Part shown: positions 1-10,344 of the stretch, piece after piece
How the letters are laid out: every line of letters begins with the position of its first letter
Numbering within the stretch: position 1 is the first letter of the stretch
Made by a program: the position numbers and the translations under genes
Notes under the pieces: model-generated
Seen by the model: only the letters and a program-made list of their open reading frames with translations
Database searches by the model: none
What the model was told of the DNA's origin: nothing
From: a virus
Taxonomy: Duplodnaviria; Caudoviricetes
Direction: 5' to 3' (one strand)
DNA length: 64,000 nucleotides
IMG/VR virus record: IMGVR_UViG_3300029288_000080
Span: 113,604 to 177,603 of that record

Positions 1-721
1 TGCTCCAGGCGATTTTGCGGTGAAGCCGGGCCAACGCCATCTGGGCTTTCTTGCTGTTCCTGGATCCCTTCTGTTTACGGCTGAACCGCCGTTGTTTCCT
101 CTTCAGTTTCTCTTGGGCTTTTCTCAGGGCCTTGGGCCCCTGGATCTGTTCTCCGGTTGACAACGTTGCGGTAGTCTTGATCCCAAGGTCAACCCCGATG
201 GTGCCATCCGCTACCCTGGCTCGCTCAGAATGCTCGACATCAATCTGTACAGACAAAAACCAAGCGTCAGCAACACGTTTGACCACCGCCCCCATGATCT
301 TGCCGACGAAGCGTAATGGCTCGCGAGTCTTTACCCAGCCCAACACCGGGATCCTGACGCGGGTGCCATCCAGGCTGAATTTATCGTTGGCCATGTAAAA
401 CGAGTCATGTTGACCCTTCCGCTTGAGTTTAGGATACTGTGACACACCTTTATGCAATCTGGTGAATGCGTTTTGCACATTATGAAACGGTTGCGCGGTG
501 CAGTCACGATGAACGTCATATGTCCATGGAAACTGTTCTCCACGAATGGTATTAAAGCTTGCGCGTAGTTTTCTACCACTGGGTTTTTCACCTGCTTGAT
601 GCAGTCTGGTCCACTCGGCCAGCGCCCAGTTGTAGGTGAAACGGGCCACCCCGCAGGCCCGAGCAAAATATTGCTCCTGCTTGACGGTGGGGACTAAGCG
701 TATGGAGTGCGCCAAGATCAT
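1..721 (-). CDS. tnpB: RNA-guided endonuclease TnpB (IS607-like type), runs off window start
   Basis: Manual translation from ATG 721: MILAHSIRLVPTVKQEQYFARACGVARFTYNWALAEW...YPKLKRKGQHDSF...RVRIPVLGWVK...IGVDLGIKTTATLS (HTH_OrfB N-terminus and RuvC-I Asp). Not in the ORF track because it is truncated. Confidence 0.92.
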   Translation of the reverse strand, partial: MILAHSIRLVPTVKQEQYFARACGVARFTYNWALAEWTRLHQAGEKPSGRKLRASFNTIRGEQFPWTYDVHRDCTAQPFHNVQNAFTRLHKGVSQYPKLKRKGQHDSFYMANDKFSLDGTRVRIPVLGWVKTREPLRFVGKIMGAVVKRVADAWFLSVQIDVEHSERARVADGTIGVDLGIKTTATLSTGEQIQGPKALRKAQEKLKRKQRRFSRKQKGSRNSKKAQMALARLHRKIAWS

Positions 722-855
722 GAACTAGTATTTTACCCTTGTCTAAAGATTTAATATTAAAAATAAAAGCAGCGACACAGAGCGGTAAAACACTCTTGCT
801 GAACCAAGATTTTTCAGTGACCTCTACGGATGTCACAGAAACAGCAGGTGTCGCC

Positions 856-1683
856 ATGCCCACGTTTCGCCGGATCGATCAACAAGGTGAACGTGCGGCC
901 CAGTTGCTCCGCTTGGCCACCCGCCTGATTCTTCGATCCCTTCCATCGCCTTCCAGCACCACGGTCGATAATGTGGTCCGCACCCTGGTGAAAGCCTATG
1001 GAGTGATGCCGTTGCAACGGATCTCCATGGCCAAGGAAGCGATTGAAAAGGCCCAGGTGACCAGAAGGGCCGAAACCCTCCGGGCAGTCCACGTGATGCT
1101 CGAGCAGGTCCTCCAGGATCTCGGGCAGTACCGGGTCCAGCCCACCGTGGTGCCACAAGAGCCAGACGTACTGGCCAGTTGGCTCCAGGCCGTTGGGGAC
1201 AAGGGTTGGCGTGTCGCCGTCAAGGCCCCGGAGGAACCGGACGACTTGGCCGACGGGTTTGAACTGTCGGCCCAGTACCTTGATTCCATCGTGGTGAAGG
1301 TGTCGGCCCTGCTGGCCCAAGATCAGCAGTATGGAACGGTAGAGTTGCCCTGTATCCTGATGCAGGGCTACGCGATCCCGAAACAGACACTCCAGGATTG
1401 GTCCGCGGCACCCAAGCGGTTGAACATCACGATCGTGTACGGCCAGTACATTGCGGTCCAGCCGGTCAAGTGTATCGGGGTCCACGCCGATTTATTGGAA
1501 ATGCGCGGTGGCGGTTTGGCACTTTCCCGCGTCAACGACATCGCTGCTGTTAGCAACGTCACGGCCGCGGATGTAGTGCCGGCTCCCCGGCGCGTTGGCA
1601 ACCATTATTACTGCCCGGTGTTTGACGCCCGTGACGAGCAACGGCGGCATTTCATGCAGTGGCACCCGCTGGTCCAGCGGTAA
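856..1683 (+). CDS. hypothetical protein
   Basis: Long ORF (739..1683); ATG 856 preceded by AGGTG is the more plausible start. Confidence 0.7.
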   Translation: MPTFRRIDQQGERAAQLLRLATRLILRSLPSPSSTTVDNVVRTLVKAYGVMPLQRISMAKEAIEKAQVTRRAETLRAVHVMLEQVLQDLGQYRVQPTVVPQEPDVLASWLQAVGDKGWRVAVKAPEEPDDLADGFELSAQYLDSIVVKVSALLAQDQQYGTVELPCILMQGYAIPKQTLQDWSAAPKRLNITIVYGQYIAVQPVKCIGVHADLLEMRGGGLALSRVNDIAAVSNVTAADVVPAPRRVGNHYYCPVFDARDEQRRHFMQWHPLVQR

Positions 1684-1691
1684 AGGAAACC

Positions 1692-2759
1692 ATGGCTCAG
1701 AAAACTGGTATCAGGCTCCCGATCAATCCGCCGCTCAATAACCCGGCTCCGGTGCCCCAGCAGGACCCGGGGCAACTGGATGAGCGGCGACTCCGGCAAG
1801 TGTCGGTGGCCGACTTGGTTAACCAACACACCCAAGCGACCGGAACCGATTTGTTCGGGCAGTCAAATGACCCGGACCATATCGCTCAGGATTTTCAACA
1901 GGACGTCGCGGCGATCCAGCCCGACGCCACGACCATCATGGGGGACCCCACTGCTCCGCCGCCCACTGGCCCCGCTGTTACCCCAGGGGTTGCCCCGGAG
2001 CCCAGTGCCCCGGCCCCACAGGATCGTGACGACGCCGCCACCATGCTGAACCTCCTGTCCGACGAGATCGTCCGGGCCAGGCGGGCGGGCAACGAAGAAA
2101 TCGCCCAGCAGCTCCACGACGTGTTCATGCGGCTCAACAACGATGCCGCGACGCTACAGCGGGTCCACCGGGTTAAACAGGTCAACCCCGTGTTGGCCAA
2201 GCTCAAGGCCAACCTGGGGCTGGAGAAAATCCAGCCGGTGGAAGTCCCCTGGGCTGAGTTCACTTGGCGGTTTGCCGCGATCCCCGCGGCTCTGGACCGT
2301 TGGGTCGCCATGATGGCGGCGTCGGTTGGCGTGGACTACTGGTCGGTCTTGAAATTAGCGGCGGGGCTCGTCGCGATCGACAAGGAACCCCTGTGGAAGG
2401 TGTTCAACATTGACCTGTCGGCTGACTACAAAAACGAGAAGGACGGCACTACCACAACGATCCCCCGGTACATCAAGCTCTGTGGTGTCTGCGGGGCCGA
2501 CGTGCACCTGGAGGAAATGCTGGACCAGTGTCCTGCTTGTGGAGCCTTGCTGGACCCCTACGACGTGCCCCTTGGCCTCAGGGCCAAGTACGCGGAGGCA
2601 GCATACGGATTTTTCCAGGATTCCTTTGGCCCTTACGAAAATCTACAGGACCTTTTTGTCCTGACCCAGGCGGCGATGCCGGACCGCTATAATCAGCGGG
2701 CCGACCTCTACCCTTTTCTCAGACTGTCGAGGCAGCCGAACGACTCGACCCCCACCTGA
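1692..2759 (+). CDS. putative tail assembly chaperone (gpG-like), with CxxC...CxxC zinc ribbon
   Basis: AAGGA RBS before ATG 1692; in-frame slippery heptamer near the 3' end; two genes upstream of the tape-measure-like gene. Confidence 0.65.
   Translation: MAQKTGIRLPINPPLNNPAPVPQQDPGQLDERRLRQVSVADLVNQHTQATGTDLFGQSNDPDHIAQDFQQDVAAIQPDATTIMGDPTAPPPTGPAVTPGVAPEPSAPAPQDRDDAATMLNLLSDEIVRARRAGNEEIAQQLHDVFMRLNNDAATLQRVHRVKQVNPVLAKLKANLGLEKIQPVEVPWAEFTWRFAAIPAALDRWVAMMAASVGVDYWSVLKLAAGLVAIDKEPLWKVFNIDLSADYKNEKDGTTTTIPRYIKLCGVCGADVHLEEMLDQCPACGALLDPYDVPLGLRAKYAEAAYGFFQDSFGPYENLQDLFVLTQAAMPDRYNQRADLYPFLRLSRQPNDSTPT
2711..2717 (+). promoter_or_regulatory. programmed -1 ribosomal frameshift slippery site C CCT TTT
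   Basis: X XXY YYZ in the correct phase (TAC CCT TTT); the -1 frame is open from 2711 through 3211. Confidence 0.75.
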
Positions 2760-3211
2760 AAATCTGGCGGCGGGTTTGTGGGCGATTGAGGTTGTCACCG
2801 CTCAACCCTGAGGCGCAGCAGCTGTACCACAACCACACGGCCTTGATGTGGTGTGATCACCAGATGGCCCAGGACCAGAGCGACGAATTTGACCGGCTCG
2901 GTACCTTGTTGGGGACCCGGTGGACCAAAGACCAGGTCGCCACGATGTTCCAAAAGGGCAAGGGGAAAGCCACGCCCGACACCGTCATGATCCCCCTGGC
3001 CTTCATCGTGCAGCCGGAATTCCAGGAGGCCCTGAAGTCTATCTGGGGCACCTCGCTGCACAAACCCCGGTGGGTCGGGGACACCTCCGAGGTTGTGGAA
3101 GCCTCAACCTTGCCGAAGGAACAGTTCCTGGCCATGACGGCCGCGTCGAGCATCGCGGCCAAGGTCCAGCAGCTCAGGATGCAGCGTAACAACACCCCTG
3201 GCTCAAAATAA
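2711..3211 (+). CDS. gpT-like extension of the tail chaperone (-1 frame; ORF track 2786..3211)
   Basis: The ORF has only a weak TTG start with no RBS; reachable by a -1 shift at CCCTTTT. Confidence 0.65.
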   Translation, partial: PFSQTVEAAERLDPHLKIWRRVCGRLRLSPLNPEAQQLYHNHTALMWCDHQMAQDQSDEFDRLGTLLGTRWTKDQVATMFQKGKGKATPDTVMIPLAFIVQPEFQEALKSIWGTSLHKPRWVGDTSEVVEASTLPKEQFLAMTAASSIAAKVQQLRMQRNNTPGSK

Positions 3212-3223
3212 AGGGTAGACATT

Positions 3224-6025
3224 ATGGCGAACAATCTTCCGGGCGGACCTCCTGTAAGTCCTGGTGGACCTGCTGCCGCGGTTCCAGCGAACCCCCTGGT
3301 CCAGACGCCCACGACCACCGTTCCGGTCAACACCGCAGCAATCAACACCAACACGGCCGCGATCCAACAGAACACCGGGGCGATCAACGAGAACGCCGAT
3401 GCCACGGGCCGCTGGACACGACTCCAGGAGGACCAACGCAAGACGTTCCGTGATTTCCTGAAAGAGGAAGTCGAAGGGATGCGCCAGGCTGCCGCGGCAG
3501 CCGGGGATTATCGACGGTACATCTCGGAAGTCACGGGGGCATTTAGCGGGATGGCGGCCAAGATGAAGGAGCAGACCTCCCTCTCGACCATCTACAACAA
3601 TGCCCTGGGTCAACTATCCGAGGGAACCAAGTCCTATACAGCATCCCTCCAAGCCAACACCGGGGCCATCGGGGACGCTACCCAGCAGTCAACGGCGTTT
3701 GTCACGGGGCTCCAGGCCGCCCAGGCGCAGTCACACGAGTTGGCCGCGCGCTACAACATGGACGCCGGGGCAATCGCGAAAGCCGGGGAGACCGCGACCC
3801 AGATGTTCGCGACTCAGTTGGGGGCCATCGGGGATGTATCGGGAGGGATCAAAAGTCTGCAAAAAGAGTCGGTCATCTTCTCGCGGTTTTTCGGCACCGA
3901 CATGACCGCCGTGATGCAGCACTGGCAGGAGCGCATGGAGCACTCCAACATGACCCTCACGGAGGCCAAGGACGAGACTGCCCTGCTGGCCAAGGTGGCG
4001 GACCAGTATGCAATTTCGCTGGGTAAACTGGGCGACAAAATGCTCCAGACGGCCCAACTGGGTAAAAAAGAATTCCTCGAGATGGCCAAGCAGATCAATC
4101 AGGAGTTTCGCCTGGGGGTCCCGAATGTCGTGGCCTACACGGCCGCGATGGCCAAGATGTCGTTGGAGGCAGCGAAAAAGGGTTCCACCAAGATCGAGCA
4201 GGCGACGACCAGCCAGGGTCTCTTGAAACTCATGAACGAGATGACGTCCACGGAAGGCCAGTGGGGCGTCATGGCGTTCAACGCGGCACAAAAATCCTGG
4301 CAGCAGTTCAACACGGCCCCCGAGACCATGTCGAAAGAGGCGCGGTCTCGCCTGGAAGGTCGCAGGGGCCAGATTGAGGCGGCGTCGGGTAGCACGGTCG
4401 TGCAGGCCGGGCTCATCACCGAGGCCATGAAGGGTACGTCTGACCTGGCCATCAGCGCTCTCAAGAGCATGAAGGAAAAGGCTGGCGGCGACCAGGTGGC
4501 CCTGACCGCGATGCTGCGGCCCATCGTCGGGTCCATGACGGCCGCTGCGGACATTGCCGAAGGGCTGAACACCGGGTCAATCGAAGAGGTATTTGAGAAA
4601 CACAAGGAAGCCCTGATGGGCGAGGCCGAAAAACAAAAGACCGCTACCGAAAAGCTCGTGACTGCTGGGGCCAAGACCAATTCCACGCTGCATTCCATGG
4701 CCAAGGACATCAACTCAATCTACCACTGGATGATCGGGATGGCGGTCGGAAGCCCAGTCATGACGGCGCTCAGCACTGTAATTGGGGGTGCGGTCATGAA
4801 TAAGGTATTGGGCAGCACCATTGCGGCGCTTGGGCCCAAAATCTTGGCCACAGCGGCACCGACCGCATTGTCTACCGTAGCCCCAGCGGCGTTGTCCACC
4901 GGGGTGTCAGCTGCTGGCGGTGCTGCGGCCATCAAGACCGCGTTGGCTGGCGGTGCCGCAGCCGCTAAAGCCACTGCGCTCGCAGTGGCGCCGGCAGTTT
5001 TGCCGACTCTCTTGGTAGCTGCGGCAGCCTACAGTGGATACAAATATCTTGGGGCCAAAGACGAAGCTAAAAAACTAAGTAAAGGTGGCCGGAAAGTCGA
5101 TACTTGGGACGTACTGGCCAACCAGATCAATAATGTTTTGGGTGGTGGTGGTGGGTGGCACGCCCGTGAATTCGTCTCGTCAATGACGTTCAAGGAACTG
5201 GCCGCCCAGAAAAAGAAAATAGCGCAGATGGAGAAGGAGATCAAAGATAAGGAAACCAACGGCAAAGCCCTGACCGAGGCAGAAAAACAGGAAATTATCC
5301 TTAAAAAGCGAAAGTTGGAAGCCGAGAAAGCCAAGATCGCCGCGATCGTGGCCGAGGAGAAAAAGATCAAACCCTTCACCGACAAGGAACTGGCCGAGCG
5401 CCAGCTCGCGGTCATTAAACACGTAGCCGGCCGGGTTGCCTCGGGGGCCAACGTTGGGGGCCGAGGGGCAATGGGCAGCGCGATGCTCGGGATGGCCGAA
5501 GACTCGGCCAGTATGGCCAAGGAGTTGGTCGGGAGTCTGGGCCTGGGGGTTGGCAGCATGGACGCGGGTGAAACCCTCGCGGGATTTTTGCACGGTGGCT
5601 CCCCCGAAGCCGCGGCCTTGATGAAAAAGTTGCAGGCCAAGAGGATTTCTCAGGAGTCATTTGAGTCCGAAGTTGACGATAAGTTGAAGCGGAAGCAACT
5701 GGAATACGCTGGGGTCGACACCACTGGAATGAACAGGATGAAAATGTACGAGGAGTGGGGTAAAAAGATCACCTATGGGACTTCGGTCACGGGCCTGACC
5801 CCTGAAATACGAGAAGCAATGTCTCGTGGGTCTGAGAAACGTTATGGGGGCACCGGGATCACCGGGGTGGACCCGTCCAGTGACCTCAGCGAGGTCAGGA
5901 AGAATCCCGACGGATCAGTTGATTTGGTTACGACCATGAAGGTAACGAGCAAACTTTCAGCAGCTGGTGCTGGAATCATCAATGCGGTCGGCGCCTGGGC
6001 CAATAGTGGCGGCGTCGCTGGCTAA
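3224..6025 (+). CDS. putative tail tape measure protein
   Basis: 933 aa, helical and Ala/Gly/Met-rich, with a hydrophobic central stretch and a coiled coil; directly follows a G/GT-type frameshift pair. Confidence 0.7.
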   Translation: MANNLPGGPPVSPGGPAAAVPANPLVQTPTTTVPVNTAAINTNTAAIQQNTGAINENADATGRWTRLQEDQRKTFRDFLKEEVEGMRQAAAAAGDYRRYISEVTGAFSGMAAKMKEQTSLSTIYNNALGQLSEGTKSYTASLQANTGAIGDATQQSTAFVTGLQAAQAQSHELAARYNMDAGAIAKAGETATQMFATQLGAIGDVSGGIKSLQKESVIFSRFFGTDMTAVMQHWQERMEHSNMTLTEAKDETALLAKVADQYAISLGKLGDKMLQTAQLGKKEFLEMAKQINQEFRLGVPNVVAYTAAMAKMSLEAAKKGSTKIEQATTSQGLLKLMNEMTSTEGQWGVMAFNAAQKSWQQFNTAPETMSKEARSRLEGRRGQIEAASGSTVVQAGLITEAMKGTSDLAISALKSMKEKAGGDQVALTAMLRPIVGSMTAAADIAEGLNTGSIEEVFEKHKEALMGEAEKQKTATEKLVTAGAKTNSTLHSMAKDINSIYHWMIGMAVGSPVMTALSTVIGGAVMNKVLGSTIAALGPKILATAAPTALSTVAPAALSTGVSAAGGAAAIKTALAGGAAAAKATALAVAPAVLPTLLVAAAAYSGYKYLGAKDEAKKLSKGGRKVDTWDVLANQINNVLGGGGGWHAREFVSSMTFKELAAQKKKIAQMEKEIKDKETNGKALTEAEKQEIILKKRKLEAEKAKIAAIVAEEKKIKPFTDKELAERQLAVIKHVAGRVASGANVGGRGAMGSAMLGMAEDSASMAKELVGSLGLGVGSMDAGETLAGFLHGGSPEAAALMKKLQAKRISQESFESEVDDKLKRKQLEYAGVDTTGMNRMKMYEEWGKKITYGTSVTGLTPEIREAMSRGSEKRYGGTGITGVDPSSDLSEVRKNPDGSVDLVTTMKVTSKLSAAGAGIINAVGAWANSGGVAG

Positions 6026-6039
6026 CCAAGGAGATCAAA

Positions 6040-6267
6040 ATGTCCAAGAAGCTTCAACAGTCAATTCAGAGCGGTGTCGTGAAAGTGCGGAACTGCACCG
6101 CAGGGGTCGTGGCCATCACGATCGCGACTCCAGCGGGCACCCCGGTGGTCCTGCACCTGACCGCCAATACCACGATGGAGTTGGCCCCCAAGCACACCAC
6201 CGCCGAAATGGTCCAGCATGGAAATCTTGGGGACCTGATCAACCGGGGTCACGTCGCGGTGGTCTAA
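6040..6267 (+). CDS. small hypothetical protein
   Basis: AAGGAG RBS, 75 aa. Confidence 0.7.
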   Translation: MSKKLQQSIQSGVVKVRNCTAGVVAITIATPAGTPVVLHLTANTTMELAPKHTTAEMVQHGNLGDLINRGHVAVV

Positions 6268-6269
6268 CG

Positions 6270-6779
6270 ATGGCCTGCTGCTGTATCCATGACGACCGGG
6301 AAGTCGCAGAAGACCTCCTTGTTGTCCACCACGTTGAACCCCAAGGGTTCGGCGGATTGGACGTGCCGGAAAATCGAGTTTTCCTGTGCGATTATTGCCA
6401 CGGGGTACTGCACCGAGCTGAACAGAAAATGGCCCATGGGAAACAGGGCCATGCCGTCGACATGGTTCAGCGGTATCTACCGAACCAGCCGGGGCGACAG
6501 CAACGGATGCTCCGGCTGATCAACATCGCGGTCACGGCCCGGCAAAATCAGCAACACAGCGGCGAGGTCCCCGAGGCCGGTGAAACCGCCGAGACCATCG
6601 TGATGTCGTTGGAAATACCCCGTTGGCTCCACCACCGGCTCAAAACCTTGGCCCTGGGGAAAATGGGGCTCTACCGCTACTGCGCTACCATCCTGGAACA
6701 CCACGCCAACGCGGCGGTGTCGGGCCGCCCTGTTGATCCTCCTGCCCCTAAATCCATCCAGCTGATCAAGCCTCGCTAA
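6270..6779 (+). CDS. HNH endonuclease domain fused to a C-terminal ribbon-helix-helix-like segment
   Basis: HHVEPQGFGGLDVPENRVFLCDYCH HNH motif; C-terminal MSLEIPRWLHHRLKTLA. Confidence 0.7.
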   Translation: MACCCIHDDREVAEDLLVVHHVEPQGFGGLDVPENRVFLCDYCHGVLHRAEQKMAHGKQGHAVDMVQRYLPNQPGRQQRMLRLINIAVTARQNQQHSGEVPEAGETAETIVMSLEIPRWLHHRLKTLALGKMGLYRYCATILEHHANAAVSGRPVDPPAPKSIQLIKPR

Positions 6780-6785
6780 CAACGA

Positions 6786-7364
6786 TTAAAGACAAGGTAG
6801 CAACTCTGGGTCAGTCCACGGATTATTTATTTCCGTGACCAGGCGGGTGAGTTCTGCCCGGTACAACTTCAGGTTAGGGGTGACCAAAATGTAGTGGGGG
6901 CCTTGGATCACGGCCCTGACGTTGCAGACGCACGGGCAGGCGTCGGTAGGGTACTCGACATACTCGCATTCAGGCGGGACCACCAAGCCCTTGGACCGGC
7001 AGGCCACAGGGTTCACGACCGACGGGATCAGTTGTTCGCCCGAGCAAACAGAGGTGTACCAGGTATCGGGTACCACCACGACAAAACCGTCGCGATTAAT
7101 CCCAGGCCAGCCAACTTCCCCGAGGCACTGCTCCAGCAGGTTGGTCTCGAGATCAACTTCAAACAGAAACTCATCGTCGGCAGGGAGGTCTTCTCGGATC
7201 ACCGAGATGCCGCCCGGTGTCTTCTGAGCCAGAGAATCGTCAGGACGGTAGTGCGTGACGTCCAAAAACAGGTCAAAATTGTAGTGGTCGTTGGGGCAAG
7301 ATAGCAAAATCACTATTAAAACCACCATGCCCAAACGCCAAGGTAACCGGGTAGTCCGGGTCAT
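6786..7364 (-). CDS. Cys-rich secreted/lipoprotein-like hypothetical protein
   Basis: GAGGTG RBS on the minus strand, hydrophobic N-terminus ending LLSC. Confidence 0.6.
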   Translation of the reverse strand: MTRTTRLPWRLGMVVLIVILLSCPNDHYNFDLFLDVTHYRPDDSLAQKTPGGISVIREDLPADDEFLFEVDLETNLLEQCLGEVGWPGINRDGFVVVVPDTWYTSVCSGEQLIPSVVNPVACRSKGLVVPPECEYVEYPTDACPCVCNVRAVIQGPHYILVTPNLKLYRAELTRLVTEINNPWTDPELLPCL

Positions 7365-7484
7365 TACAACACCTCACCTTCTACTATAGATTAACGCAAG
7401 GTCATTATTTTCACGATCTTGCTTGACGTTGTCGTTCCACGCGGTAAAATGGCTGTAGACCATGATGGTCATGAGGCAAGCATA

Positions 7485-7829
7485 ATGTCCGCTGCTCCTG
7501 GTAATGGTGTCACGACTCTTTCGGTACGGCTTCCCGACGCTGTGCTGGACAAAATTCGCGTCCTGATCGCCGCCCACGGTGAAACCGCCACGTCCTTTAT
7601 AGAACGGTCGGTCGGCCGACTGGTCGAGGAGGTCAAGACCGGCAATCTAGATGTCAGGCGACCTCTGAAAGCCTGGTGGGACCGGAGTCACCGGACCATG
7701 TGGACCGTCCGGATCCCCACGGGACTAAAAAAGGAATCCGAGACCCTAAAGCACCGGATTGCGTCCAGCATGACCAACTGGATCATGCTGGCGGCGATCC
7801 GTGAGCTGGAGGAGACCCAGGACGAGTAG
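7485..7829 (+). CDS. tandem ribbon-helix-helix DNA-binding protein
   Basis: Two RHH-like repeats: TTLSVRLPDAVLDKIR and TMWTVRIPTGLKKES; upstream TTGACG-N16-TAAAAT. Confidence 0.6.
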   Translation: MSAAPGNGVTTLSVRLPDAVLDKIRVLIAAHGETATSFIERSVGRLVEEVKTGNLDVRRPLKAWWDRSHRTMWTVRIPTGLKKESETLKHRIASSMTNWIMLAAIRELEETQDE

Positions 7830-7836
7830 AAAAAGG

Positions 7837-7865
7837 TTGACAAGGTAAACCAACCGAGGTACAAC
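7837..7865 (+). promoter_or_regulatory. sigma70-like promoter (leaderless geometry)
   Basis: TTGACA-N17-TACAAC, ATG 6 nt after the -10 box. Confidence 0.7.
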
Positions 7866-7871
7866 ACAGGA

Positions 7872-8060
7872 ATGGCACTGCAGGTTTCACCGGAACAGCC
7901 CAGAACTGTCTGCAGTTGGTGTCGGTGTGTCCTGGACGGTCGCGGGCCTGTTCAACCCGAAGAGGTCGCAACCCTAAGCCACGGGATTTGCCGCCCGTGC
8001 GAAGCAAGATACTTCGGCAATCTACCACAGGAGTCACAAAATGAATCTACAGGATTTTAA
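7872..8060 (+). CDS. small zinc-binding protein
   Basis: CSWC...SHGICRPC motif. Confidence 0.6.
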   Translation: MALQVSPEQPRTVCSWCRCVLDGRGPVQPEEVATLSHGICRPCEARYFGNLPQESQNESTGF

Positions 8061-9141
8061 CCGTGATCTTGGCAAGTTGACCGACCGCACCGCTGACCCC
8101 ACCGAGGCGGTCCAGCGGGTGCTCGCGTCATTCGCGGCCGACGCGATGGGCCGCAACCCAGACGTCGACGACGACGGCGAGACCGCAATGGATTTTGTCA
8201 GTTTCATGATGGTGTTGCTTCAGAGCGACGCCGTCATCAATCTCCCGACGTACCGGCGCCGGCGGGTCGCGACCGTCAATCCCGACGAGATCGTGGTGTC
8301 GGCGGCCAACCGGCACGGCCGCGTCCTGGGGCTTACGTCAAACCAGCACGTCTGGTCCATGGGGGTCAACATCAACGACGCCAACGTCATGACCGCCACG
8401 ACCGTTGGGGCATCCAGGACTTTCCTGTTCCAGGACATCACGGGTGAGTGGTACGACGAGTGGAGCGGAATCGACTTCCGGACCGACAACTTCCCCGAGA
8501 AGCTCCGGACCGCGTTCGCGGCCAGTGAGATCAAGTTCACCGAGATGGTGTCGAGAAACCGCGGGGCTGGTGTCTACGGGCGCCGTTTCATCCTGGCCAA
8601 GGCGGCGATCACCCGGCTGGCTGACCGCGACAAATTCCTCAAGGCCGAGGCCAAGCGGTTGGCTCCCCCGGTGGATCCTGCAGCCCCCAAGGCCCCGTGG
8701 TCTGGGCCCAGGAAGGTCGGGACTGGCGAGAAGGTCAAGGTCTGGGCGTTCAACTGCTTCGTGGATACCTCGCTGACCGGCGACTACACCCCGATGGGGT
8801 CGCTCGAGGAGGTCCAGCGGGAACGCCACCGACTCCGCCAGAACATCCAGACCCTCCGGTTTTGCACCAGGGCCACGGAGTTCGGGTTCTGGAAGGACCA
8901 CATCGGTACCACCATCGGGCACGAGGACGCTGATCTGCTCGGTTGGCTCAAGGGCGGCGACCCCACTGCCCTGAAGGTACCGGCTTGGTGTCCGGGCGAG
9001 TGGACCACGGGGGTCAAGGCCCCTGGGGCCAAAACATTCTTCGCAGCTCTGCGGCGTCCCGATGCCCCCACGGTTCGGTGGCGGGCTTGGCGCCAGACCG
9101 AGGAAGTCGCAGCCCCCATGGACGACAGCACCGGCGAGTAA
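8041..9141 (+). CDS. hypothetical protein
   Basis: AGGAG RBS, 366 aa, GC3-biased codons. Confidence 0.8.
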   Translation: MNLQDFNRDLGKLTDRTADPTEAVQRVLASFAADAMGRNPDVDDDGETAMDFVSFMMVLLQSDAVINLPTYRRRRVATVNPDEIVVSAANRHGRVLGLTSNQHVWSMGVNINDANVMTATTVGASRTFLFQDITGEWYDEWSGIDFRTDNFPEKLRTAFAASEIKFTEMVSRNRGAGVYGRRFILAKAAITRLADRDKFLKAEAKRLAPPVDPAAPKAPWSGPRKVGTGEKVKVWAFNCFVDTSLTGDYTPMGSLEEVQRERHRLRQNIQTLRFCTRATEFGFWKDHIGTTIGHEDADLLGWLKGGDPTALKVPAWCPGEWTTGVKAPGAKTFFAALRRPDAPTVRWRAWRQTEEVAAPMDDSTGE

Positions 9142-9178
9142 CTCCTAAACCAACACGCAGTCCAGTGAAAGGAAAATC

Positions 9179-10096
9179 ATGACGACCAAGTACCCCACCA
9201 AGCACGATGTCCGCGAGCACCATGGCAATCTTTACCGTGCGGCCAAGCAATGGCTGGAGCAGCCCGACAGCTGGTCCCCCGACTGGACCGACGACTGGGT
9301 CGCGGCTGCTGCTTTCCTGAACCAGCAGCCCGACGGCCGGATGTTCCATGAGACCCCCTGGACCCCCAAGGGGGTCATGGGGTTGTTCTCCCAATACCGG
9401 TTTGACGACCATGGTAATGTGGTCCCGACCCCCAGGGCTCCGCGACAGTCCCGCAAGCCCCTGGGGTTCCGGCGGACTGCCACGGGTTACCGTCGGTACC
9501 TGAAGCCCGGGACCAGTCAGTACCGCAAGGTCATGGCTTCGGTGGTCCAGGCATTCCAGTGCGGTGGCACCGCTGCCGAAGCAGCCAAGATTCTGGAGAC
9601 CAGTGACGCCAACCACCTCAAGAACTACCGGCAGGGCCGCCCCTGGACTGCCCCGGTGGTCACGAGCCTGATGTACCGACTGCGTCATGGCAATCCCGGT
9701 CTGCATGATCGCCTGGTCACCGAGATCCCGACCAATGTGGTACATAGGGATCCCAAGACCAAGAAGGAGCAGGTGGTCAACACGACCAAGCTGTTCGACA
9801 CCCTGGCCAAGGAGTTTGCGCCGCCTGATGCACCTGTGATCGACGCGTTCACGACGCCCAAGCAGGAGTTTGCCTTCTACGCACCGTCACCGACGGCCAA
9901 GCAGGAGCCCAGCAAGCCCAAGGGCCGCGTCATGAAAATCCAGATCCGCGAGGCCGGTGACCTTCTCCAAGTGTTCCGGACCCATAGTGGTACCTTGGTC
10001 CTGACGGTCAAGTCCACCGACCAGCCAGGTGCCCTGATGTCCGCGGTCGACCAGTTCTGCCAGGGCCTCGGCGTCACGATCCCTAAGGTGCTGTAG
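9179..10096 (+). CDS. hypothetical protein (possible HTH DNA-binding)
   Basis: AAGGA RBS; TAAEAAKIL helix-turn-helix-like segment. Confidence 0.75.
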   Translation: MTTKYPTKHDVREHHGNLYRAAKQWLEQPDSWSPDWTDDWVAAAAFLNQQPDGRMFHETPWTPKGVMGLFSQYRFDDHGNVVPTPRAPRQSRKPLGFRRTATGYRRYLKPGTSQYRKVMASVVQAFQCGGTAAEAAKILETSDANHLKNYRQGRPWTAPVVTSLMYRLRHGNPGLHDRLVTEIPTNVVHRDPKTKKEQVVNTTKLFDTLAKEFAPPDAPVIDAFTTPKQEFAFYAPSPTAKQEPSKPKGRVMKIQIREAGDLLQVFRTHSGTLVLTVKSTDQPGALMSAVDQFCQGLGVTIPKVL

Positions 10097-10212
10097 TGAA
10101 ATCTCCTTGGCCCACTTGGCTGTCCAGGACTTCCCAGCGCCTGATCTACGTGCTCTGGGTCATCGTGGTGATCGCTGGAATCGTGATCCTTGTTCTTCGC
10201 GGCACCTGGTAG
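10096..10212 (+). CDS. small membrane protein (38 aa)
   Basis: GTG overlapping the previous stop; LIYVLWVIVVIAGIVILVL transmembrane segment. Confidence 0.5.
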   Translation: MKSPWPTWLSRTSQRLIYVLWVIVVIAGIVILVLRGTW

Positions 10213-10344
10213 CGCTTGCTCACTCCCCAAGACATTGCCCAGCGGATTCAGCAGCATGACCTGAACAGAGCCCGCCGCAAGTCGCGGGGCTTCAGCCCCG
10301 GCGAATAGGCGCGGCTTTTCTTCGGCTTCAGCCAGAAATAGGTC

